A stretch of DNA of 64,000 nt, taken from NCBI GenBank assembly GCA_009103225.1, contig RHPI01000585.1, positions 285,061 through 349,060 of the forward strand, given 5' to 3'. The translations under genes and the position numbers were made by a program. Numbering within the stretch: the stretch's first letter is position 1; each line of letters begins with the position of its first letter. Positions 56,166 through 64,000 of this stretch are shown piece by piece. A model generated the notes under the pieces. The model searched no databases. It was not told the DNA's origin and saw only the letters and a program-made list of their open reading frames with translations. Source of the stretch: Chlorokybus atmophyticus. Its lineage: Eukaryota > Plantae > Mesostigma and Chlorokybus algae.

Positions 56166-59100
56166 CTAGCTCAACTCATGTCTTTGCTGTGCTAACATAC
56201 TGTCCATGAGTGTTCGCAATCGTCTTCTCAACCTGTCTGCCACTTGAGGATGAAACCAACTCCTTTGCATCTGCACACAACCACACAGCAATAACATGTG
56301 GTTACTAAGCACGTGTCGGCCTACACGACAGTGCCATTGAAGCACCTTCCACTTGTAAACATTGCAGTGCACATGCATGAACTGTACCTGTTGAAATATC
56401 CGTGCGTTTGGGTCAATTGGACCAGCTTGTACCCCATCTATAAACTTGTCAAGATACAGCATGACAAACAACCCGCACGCAACTCCATCCTTCTGCTGAG
56501 GGACCTGCACAAACATGTGTCAATGCTTGCAAACCAAATGCATGTGCATGCATCCAATCAGTGCTTGTGACAGAATGCATGCAAACTCATCACTAGTGCA
56601 ATGCAACGTGTGCTACCTGTGGTACAAGAAGCTGTACGTTTTCGGGAGAGAAGCGTCGTTGTGAGTCACTTCCATGCTTTCTGCCCCACATGTAGTCAAG
56701 GTAAGCGCGCATAGGTCCATCAACGTTGCGATGCAGGCCAAGGGAGTCGAGATGGACGAGTAAAGGCGGCGTGTCACTTCCAAGTTGGTTTCCAGGATTG
56801 CACACAAGCAGCAGACTCCAGTGAGTCCTGTGGACAATTAAAATAATTCCAGTTTGCAAATACAGCAGCAATTCAGCAAGATATTCTTGGCGCTTATTCT
56901 CACCGCGTGTCTGGGTTGACAATCACTCCCAGCAAGTCCTTGGCAAACGGATCACTCTCCCACCTGTCTATCCTGTGATTGCTCGTGTGCCAGTCATTTT
57001 GTCTATGGCAGCGCACGATCTTGGTGTAGAAATGCGGGTGGAACAGCTTCACCTGAATGCCATCTGCTCTGCCTAAGATTTCCTCTTCCTTGTATCTGCA
57101 TGTGCATCCCACGTACATATGAGATACACGAATAACACAGACGCAACAAATCACATACCTGCAAAAGAAGTGGAGGATGGTGTCATTGAGCTCTTGTCTG
57201 CCATCCAGCAACCTCCTGTCCGTTTCAAGCACTGGCACCGCATCACGTGCACTTGCACTAGGGTAAATGAACAGTGGCTGCGGTGTTGACGGCTGCGGGT
57301 TGCTGACTGGATCGTCCAGCACCATGATATCATCATCGCTGCCCACGAGGTCCACAACTGCCGCAGCCGTCGTGGGTTGCTGATTACAGCCCTCTTCGTC
57401 TTCATCGTCAACTTCCATCGTGACTGCCTCTGCAGCCATAAATGGTTCAATTGGGCAAGAACCACAACGCAAATCAACAAGCTCAAGCACACAGCAGCTT
57501 ACCATTGTTAGCCTCATCCCCACTCTCTTCAACGTGTTGAACCCCACTCTGCACAGGTTGTGAAACCCTACCGCAACTGCCCGGCAGAGAACGACGAGCA
57601 AGGCTCTCCCTTGGGAGCTGCGCTGGAGCACCACCTTCTTCGTACGCAGCGCATCGCGAGCACGTAACCTCAACCATGCTACCCACAGCGTGCCGTCGAC
57701 AGAGGCTGTTTGGACACGTCGCGCAGACTTGAAAAGCTGCTTCGTTGCAGTTCTTCACATGGCACCTGTTGAAGATATTCCTACATCCGGTCAGCCTGCC
57801 TTGCATACAAGAGAGAAGAGAAGGGACCTCGATGGGAGGACCTCGAAGACTCCGGACATAAAGGTCCTGGCGCGGACTGCAGAGAAGGGTCCTAGGAGAA
57901 TCGTCATATCTCCTAGAATACTCAGTCATTTGGGACGTGGCATAGCTTGTTGGAAAGCTTATCAAGTTAGCTACGTGGCACATCTTACAGCGTAGGATAT
58001 GGTTCAGTATATCGGACGCTGTTGCATGTAGACCAGCAATGTGTACAAACTGTGTACTGACTGGCGGGTATATAACCCCGTAGTCTGTTGGTAATAAATC
58101 GGGAAGTGTGTTGCCTTCTCCTGTGTGTCATTGCTTGCCCTCTTCACTTGCATGCTTGCTTCTCAACAGGTTATGGGCCCACACTACGCGTGAAAAGTGT
58201 GAGAAAGAGAAAGAAAGCGAAGTGAAGAAAAGTGACAAAGTGCATTGAAGTGAAGATCGAAGTCACTCAAGACTGAAGAGTGAAGAGAAGACCGAAGTCA
58301 CTCGAGACTGAAGGCGCTGAAGAGTGAAGTAAAGACCGAAGTCATTCAAGACCGAAGTCATTGAAGTCACTCAAAAGTGAAGTGTAAAAAAAAGTTACTG
58401 AAGTCAACAAAGTCACTCAAGTCACAACACGTGAAGATTATCAAAGCAAGTCTCAAGTGCTAACTGCAAGAAGAAAGCAGGCGCGGCAAAGATGGAGGCA
58501 AGCTACGATAAAGGGCTGATCACAAAGCTGGACACAAACAACTACAGCACTTGGTGCGTAGAGATGAAGGCACTACTTATCCACAAGAAGATGTGGAAGT
58601 ATGTTGACCCGAAGGCATCTGCACCAAGAGCAGGAGAAGAAAGCATCTGGCTTGAACACTCAGTTGAAGCACATTCATTGATGGTGCTTAACTGCAAGCC
58701 ACATCACTTTCCCATGCTCACAGCATGTGAAGATGGCAGACAAGCTTGGGAGAAGCTTGCAGCCGTATTTCAAGCCAAGAACAACGCCAGAAAGATACAA
58801 TTACGCAAGCAGCTAAGCGCGCTTCATAAAGAGACGGCCGAGCCGGTCACAAAGTATGTTGAACGTGCGAGAGAGCTGTGGGCGGACCTCATCAACGTCG
58901 GCCACAACATGGAAGAGACAGAGGTCGTATTGGCGATTGTTGCAGGACTGCCATTAGAGTACGAAGTTGTCGCTACTCTGCTCGAGACATCGTCATCGGA
59001 GCTAACCCTAGACGATGTGCTACCCAAGTTGCTCACTGTGGAGCAACGCGTCTTAAAGAAGGAAGAGCAAGCGGACTCTGTGGCCTTCTACACACGAGAC

Positions 59101-62100
59101 AAATACAAGAAATTAAGCAACTATGAAGACAAGAACAAGGCGAAAGGCAGCAACTCAAAGTTCAAGAATCTCACATGCCACTATTGTGGTATTAAAGGAC
59201 ATATCTCAAAGGATTGTCGTAAGCGCCAACGAGAGCAATCTGAAGCAGGCACCAGTAGCAACGCTCAACGCAAAGAAAAGGGTGTTGCATTTACTGCCTC
59301 AAGGAAGTTTGATACAACTTCATGGGCAATTGACTCAGGCTGTGACCAGCATCTCACACCGCACAAGGAGGTGATGGAGAACTACAGGAAGATGTCAACC
59401 ACAAGGAAGGTGGAAGGCTTTAGTGGTCACGAGTTGGAAGCAATAGGAGTTGGTGAAGTGAGGCTTCAATGCAAGATTGGTGATGGTGAGAGAGAGGTGG
59501 TACTGCGTGAAGTATTGCACGTACCTGGAGCTGCTGCAAGCTTGTTTTCTGTGAGAGTTGCTGAGCGCGTGGGAGCTGAGATAGTGATCCGGGAGGGACG
59601 CTGCTCCGTACGCATGGATGGGGTCGAGTACATGGTCGGCACCCAACGAGGAGGGCTCTACATTGTGGAGCAGACTCATGGCAGCAAGGCCATGATTGTG
59701 AAGGAGAAGGAGACGGCTGAGCTTTGGCATCGAAGGTTCGGGCATTTGGGCTACAGCAACCTCACACGCCTGGTCGCTGAAGACATGGTGAAGGGCATTA
59801 CTGGGAGCAAGGAAGATTTTCAAGCGTCTTCAACTACGCTCTGTGAACCCTGTGTGTTGGCCAAGCAGCATCGCATGCCGTTCTCATCATCTTCTTCAAG
59901 TAGCAAACATCCCTGCGAGCTTGTGCACATGGACGTTTGCGGGCCTATGCGCATTGTGGCGAAAGGAGGGGTAAGGTACTTTGCAACATTCCTCGACGAC
60001 TACAGCAAGCTTTCCATCGTCTTCCCTTTGATTCAAAAGTCAGAAGTCGCTGGAGCTGTGCGTACAGTCATTGCATTGCTTGAGATTCAATCGGGCAAGA
60101 AGATGAAAGCAATGAGAAGTGATCGAGGAGGGGAGTACATCAACGCCCAGCTCAAAGAGTTCTTCGCCAGCAAAGGCATACGGCATGAGACAACAGCACC
60201 ATACACTCCGCAGCAGAATGGAGCAGCTGAACGTCTCAACCGAACGTTGTTGGAGCGTGTTCGAGCCATGCTCAATGACACCAAGTTGGAGGACAGTCTG
60301 TGGAAAGAGGCCGTTCTCACTGCCAACTACATCCGCAACCGTTCACCGATAAGCTCTGAGCAAAAGACTCCGTGGGAGCTCTTTTACGGTGAAGCGCCAG
60401 ATGTGAGTGGCATGCGTGTGTTCGGATGTGTGGCATATGCACTTGTGCCAAGTCAATTGCGACACAAGTTGGAGCCGGTCAGCAAGAAGGGCATCTTCGT
60501 TGGCTACGAACCAGGCTCAAAGGCGTACAAGGTCCTACTGGAGGACACGCGCAAGATTGTGGTGAGCAGAGAAGTCGTGTTCCACGAAGGCTCATCACAA
60601 GTTGAAGCTGAAGAAGGTTTCTACCCTCAAGATGAAGATGACAAAGCACAACCTGAAGAGCTTTCAAGCAGAGAAGAGGTTGAAGGCGAGGCATCAGTCA
60701 TCAATAAAGAGCAGGGCTCATCTGTAGCAGGCGAGAAGCAGAAGCAGCAGGAGCAAGCTCGACGCTACCCAGTGAGGGAAAGACAAGCACCTGACTTCTA
60801 CAAGGCACACATCGCTAGTGTGCACAATGACGAGAGTGAAGAACCAAGCACCTACGAGGAGGCATTGCGAGCACCAGATGCAGAACAATGGCAGCGAGCT
60901 ATGGATGATGAGATTGCATCACTCCATGCCAACAACACATGGGTGTTGGAGAAGCCCCCGCAAGGTGTGAAGCCCATTCCGGTCAAGTGGGTGTTCAAGG
61001 TGAAGCGTGATGGTCAAGGCAACATCGAGCGCTACAAGGCAAGGTTGGTGGCAAAGGGATTTTTGCAACAAGAAGGTGTGGATTTCAATGAAGTGTTTGC
61101 ACCTGCAAGTAAGCATGCAACCTTCCGCACATTGATCGCCATGGTTGCTGCTGAAGACCTCGAGTGTCACCACCTTGATGTGAAGACTGCTTTCCTTTAC
61201 GGAGAGCTGGAGGAAGAGATCTACACCAAGCAACCACCAGGCTACGCAGAAGGGGAGCCAGGCATGGCTTGCAAGTTGATCAAGGCTTTGTATGGGCTGC
61301 GACAAGCACCACGTGTGTGGCACATTCGCCTCACGAAAGAGTTGGAGAAACTCGGCTACAAAGCATCCTCAGCGGATCCGGGGCTCTTCATCCATGAAGA
61401 GAAGAAGGTTTACTTGCTCGTGTATGTGGACGACATCATCGTCACGGCCAAGCAAGTTGAAGACCTGAAGCAAACGAAGCACGGATTGCAGCAAGCATTC
61501 GCAGTACGCGACCTTGGAGAGGTCAAGTTATTTCTTGGCATGGTGATAGAGCGTGACAGAGCAGCACGCACAATCAAGATCAGCCAAGAGCAGATGGTGA
61601 AGCAACTTGTCACCAAGTTCGGACTCAACGAAGCAAAGACCAAGTCTACTCCATTGGCACTCGGCACCAACCTCGTCAAAGCGAAAGATGAGGAAGTACT
61701 CGACAAGGCTCAGTATCCCTATGGTGAGCTTGTTGGGAGTATGCTCTACCTAGCAGTGTGCACAAGACCCGACATCGCACATGCAGTTGGAGTGCTTGCG
61801 CGCTACATGTCTGCACCAAGCATGGAGCACTGGCGTGCAGCGAAGGGAGTATTGCGCTACGTGGCTGGAAGCGCAAGTGTTGGCATCAAGTTTGGTTGCG
61901 GAAGCACAGAGATGGAGGGCTATTGCGACGCAGACTTTGCAGGTGACCTCGATAGCAGGAGGTCCACCACGGCGTACGTCTTCAAGTTGAATGGAGGCGT
62001 GGTGAGCTGGAACAGTAGGCTGCAACCTACAACAGCAGCATCTACTTCGGAAGCGGAGTACATGGCAGCATCGGCTGCAGTGAAGGAGGCGTTATGGCTT

Positions 62101-64000
62101 CGCAAGCTGATGGCAGATCTGGAGCACCCGATGGCGTGTATCACGATCAACTGCGACAACCAAGGCGCCATCAAGTTGCTGAAGCACCCCATTGCCTCGA
62201 CAAGGACAAAGCACATTGATGTCATGCATCACTTTGTGCGAGACAGAGTCACACGCAAGGAGGTTGAGTTCCAATATTGCAATACGGAAGACATGCTCGC
62301 GGACTTCATGACGAAGCCACTGTCACCGCTGAAGTTCAAGGCATGTTGCAAGGGACTCGGCATATGTGCTTAGGTGAAAGAAGACCAAGCGTTGGAGGCC
62401 AAGCTGCCCGCGTGGGAGTGTTGAAGATATTCCTACATCCGGTCAGCCTGCCTTGCATACAAGAGAGAAGAGAAGGGACCTCGATGGGAGGACCTCGAAG
62501 ACTCCGGACATAAAGGTCCTGGCGCGGACTGCAGAGAAGGGTCCTAGGAGAATCGTCATATCTCCTAGAATACTCAGTCATTTGGGACGTGGCATAGCTT
62601 GTTGGAAAGCTTATCAAGTTAGCTACGTGGCACATCTTACAGCGTAGGATATGGTTCAGTATATCGGACGCTGTTGCATGTAGACCAGCAGTGTGTACAA
62701 ACTGTGTACTGACTGGCGGGTATAACCCCGTAGTCTGTCGGTAATAAATCGGGAAGTGTGTTGCCTTCTCCTGTGTGTCATTGCTTGCCCTCTTCACTTG
62801 CATGCTTGCTTCTCAACAGCACCTGTGTTTTGGTTCAGTACAAGTGATGATGGTTCTAGGAGTGAAGTTCCTCACAACAAGATGCCAAGCATTTGCTGCA
62901 ATGAAGTCCACTTACTCATGCCTTGGGCACTCCCAATATTCATCCTCCACAGGTGGCATAGAGACACAGTGCGCGTGGTAGCTTTTCCAGCAACCTTCCA
63001 CATCGCAGCCAGATATGGTGCCCCCATCCTTGCAGACAAAGCAGTAGTCTTCATGTTCCCGATGTTCCAACGCATCCAGCTCCAGTCTCGGTCTCATCCT
63101 GTGAACAAAGGTTCGGTGGCCAGGTCTACAGTCTCACAGTAGGGATAGGAGGCATCACAATCGCAAACAGTACCTCTTGTACTCAAAATGCCAGTCACGG
63201 CGTGTGGTCCATGACACCTCGCTCGAGGCGCTATTGGTTTCGCTTTGGGCACCCTGCACCAAGTACACAAGATGGTTGTATGTGATGCCAAAACCCAGGA
63301 TATATGAGGACATCCAGATTCTAATGGACAACGTTGTTAACTCTCCTCTTACCGGAGTGTCCCGGTGCATGCCTCGACGCATGAGACTGCGCCTGTCTTT
63401 AACAAGCGCTACAATTACTTTGTTGTCATGGGGATCAATTCCCTCAAACCACTGGCCCTTGACCTGCCAGCAAGAAGGGATATTCATCAGCCATTTTCAT
63501 ACTACTATTTCAATTTACTATCATCACACCAAGCACACGCCAAAACGATTGCAACACAGCCACTTACCAGGTTGCAATCAAGGTAGGTTTGTTCTGCAAA
63601 GCGGGGCTTGTCTTTTCTTAGGATTGCAAATCCTCCACTGTGCTGGACTTGGTTGCTCATGTACCACCTAGCTCTGAGCAGCTGGTGCTCCCGACCAGCT
63701 ATCACCACAACATCAAAAGATTGCACCCTGCCATACCAATGGATCTTCTTGGTTGGGTCATCTGAGTCACGCCCAACGGTAAACACGCCACAGTCCATGG
63801 TGCGGAGTTTCTTCTCCATTTCCTCTGCTCTGAACTGACCGATGTCCTTGTAGCGTGCTCTGAAGTATCGCTTGATGTACTTTGGAAAGATTGGACCGCT
63901 TAATAGCTCCATCTCGTGCTTTGTAAGCTCCCTAGCAGGTCCACGCCAGTGATGCAGCTCAGTCATATGCTCCATGTCCTTTGCCACGACATGTCCACGA
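56166..64000 (-). CDS. Spliced fusion ORF: CACTA transposase C-terminus + PHD-C5HCH + SIMs + Ulp1/C48 SUMO protease (5'-incomplete)
   Basis: Exons 64000-63568, 63463-63353, 63253-63174, 63098-62916, 57765-57503, 57429-57159, 57095-56904, 56827-56617, 56504-56388 and 56270-56166; all nine introns are GT-AG with compatible phases and there is no in-frame stop (~650 aa visible). Motifs: WYGRVQSF..LLRARWY..TYLDCNLVKGQWFEGIDP; EDYCFVCKDGG..YHAHC..WECPRHECHVKNC..CATCPNSLCRRH; HWSL..HLDSL..PQQKDGVACG. Confidence 0.82.
58169..58182 (+). promoter_or_regulatory. Primer-binding site complementary to the anticodon stem-loop of initiator tRNA-Met
   Basis: GGTTATGGGCCCAC is the reverse complement of GUGGGCCCAUAACC of tRNAiMet, the half-tRNA priming type known from Drosophila copia, yeast Ty5 and Volvox Osser. 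Confidence 0.85.
58492..62373 (+). CDS. gag-pol: Gag-Pol polyprotein, 1293 aa (gag, CCHC, PR, GAG-pre-integrase, IN, RT, RNase H)
   Basis: CHYCGIKGHISKDC, WAIDSGC, LWHRRFGH..CEPC, VHMDVCGP..QQNGAAER, RYKARLVAKG, YVDD, YCDADFAGD..TKHIDV; uninterrupted. Confidence 0.98.
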   Translation: MEASYDKGLITKLDTNNYSTWCVEMKALLIHKKMWKYVDPKASAPRAGEESIWLEHSVEAHSLMVLNCKPHHFPMLTACEDGRQAWEKLAAVFQAKNNARKIQLRKQLSALHKETAEPVTKYVERARELWADLINVGHNMEETEVVLAIVAGLPLEYEVVATLLETSSSELTLDDVLPKLLTVEQRVLKKEEQADSVAFYTRDKYKKLSNYEDKNKAKGSNSKFKNLTCHYCGIKGHISKDCRKRQREQSEAGTSSNAQRKEKGVAFTASRKFDTTSWAIDSGCDQHLTPHKEVMENYRKMSTTRKVEGFSGHELEAIGVGEVRLQCKIGDGEREVVLREVLHVPGAAASLFSVRVAERVGAEIVIREGRCSVRMDGVEYMVGTQRGGLYIVEQTHGSKAMIVKEKETAELWHRRFGHLGYSNLTRLVAEDMVKGITGSKEDFQASSTTLCEPCVLAKQHRMPFSSSSSSSKHPCELVHMDVCGPMRIVAKGGVRYFATFLDDYSKLSIVFPLIQKSEVAGAVRTVIALLEIQSGKKMKAMRSDRGGEYINAQLKEFFASKGIRHETTAPYTPQQNGAAERLNRTLLERVRAMLNDTKLEDSLWKEAVLTANYIRNRSPISSEQKTPWELFYGEAPDVSGMRVFGCVAYALVPSQLRHKLEPVSKKGIFVGYEPGSKAYKVLLEDTRKIVVSREVVFHEGSSQVEAEEGFYPQDEDDKAQPEELSSREEVEGEASVINKEQGSSVAGEKQKQQEQARRYPVRERQAPDFYKAHIASVHNDESEEPSTYEEALRAPDAEQWQRAMDDEIASLHANNTWVLEKPPQGVKPIPVKWVFKVKRDGQGNIERYKARLVAKGFLQQEGVDFNEVFAPASKHATFRTLIAMVAAEDLECHHLDVKTAFLYGELEEEIYTKQPPGYAEGEPGMACKLIKALYGLRQAPRVWHIRLTKELEKLGYKASSADPGLFIHEEKKVYLLVYVDDIIVTAKQVEDLKQTKHGLQQAFAVRDLGEVKLFLGMVIERDRAARTIKISQEQMVKQLVTKFGLNEAKTKSTPLALGTNLVKAKDEEVLDKAQYPYGELVGSMLYLAVCTRPDIAHAVGVLARYMSAPSMEHWRAAKGVLRYVAGSASVGIKFGCGSTEMEGYCDADFAGDLDSRRSTTAYVFKLNGGVVSWNSRLQPTTAASTSEAEYMAASAAVKEALWLRKLMADLEHPMACITINCDNQGAIKLLKHPIASTRTKHIDVMHHFVRDRVTRKEVEFQYCNTEDMLADFMTKPLSPLKFKACCKGLGICA

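Larger units (their letters stand above)
57767..62818 (+). mobile_element. Young, intact Ty1/copia (Hemivirus-type PBS) retrotransposon
   Basis: LTRs 57767-58168 and 62419-62818 (TGTTG..CAACA; 2 substitutions and one 2-bp indel), 5-bp TSD GCACC, PBS GGTTATGGGCCCAC at 58169, PPT-like CGCGTGGGAG. Confidence 0.98.
55362..64000 (-). mobile_element. Second CACTA/EnSpm element (3' part; runs off the window end)
   Basis: DUF4216-like transposase C-terminus at 63464-64000 and a subterminal motif array at 55390-55960; the exact terminus is uncertain (candidate CACGCGATACCGG at 55362). Confidence 0.7.

Noticed and set aside
62336-62803. ORFs 62336-62803(-), 57483-57983(-) N-terminal part, 57690-57995(+) and 62453-62647(+) as genes
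   Set aside because: They are read-throughs of the duplicated LTR sequence; only 57765-57503 is a credible exon.
1-64000. Alternative genetic code (TAA/TAG read as Gln)
   Set aside because: Several in-frame TAGs fall at Gln-like positions, but the intact 1293-aa and ~1250-aa ORFs contain no TAA/TAG despite many Gln codons, and other stops sit at Tyr (25393) or Trp positions. Point mutation explains them better.
1-64000. Endogenous giant virus, Polinton or Helitron
   Set aside because: No capsid, packaging ATPase, protein-primed polymerase, or Rep/helicase motifs were recognised.

Overview
Eukaryotic, transposon-saturated window with GT-AG introns of mostly 60-120 nt; a green alga or related lineage is a guess, not established. 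No rRNA, intact tRNA, CRISPR array or clear housekeeping gene was found. Contents in order: decayed Ty1/copia pieces; a PAT/TOC-like tyrosine-recombinase (DIRS) retrotransposon with split direct repeats; a non-autonomous copia derivative; a LINE scrap; nested Ty3/gypsy chromoviruses; a ~19.7 kb CACTA/EnSpm element with CACAC-type TIRs carrying a SET-domain gene; a pogo remnant; a possibly self-priming gypsy; and a second CACTA element hit by a young, intact copia. Main candidates: (1) a spliced ORF whose nine intron phases I checked by hand, fusing a CACTA transposase C-terminus to an NSD-type PHD-C5HCH reader, SUMO-interacting motifs and a Ulp1 SUMO protease; (2) the copia inserted at a splice acceptor of that gene and recreated a branch point and AG, so it could be spliced out; (3) the other CACTA element carries a SET gene and about 50 TGACAG motifs, a possible sequence-specific anti-silencing system; (4) two related chromoviruses share a UAG between gag and pol, followed by a degenerate adenine-methyltransferase-like domain; (5) a spliced antisense mini-ORF starts at the DIRS terminus. 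All domain calls come from motif recognition by eye; no database searches were run.
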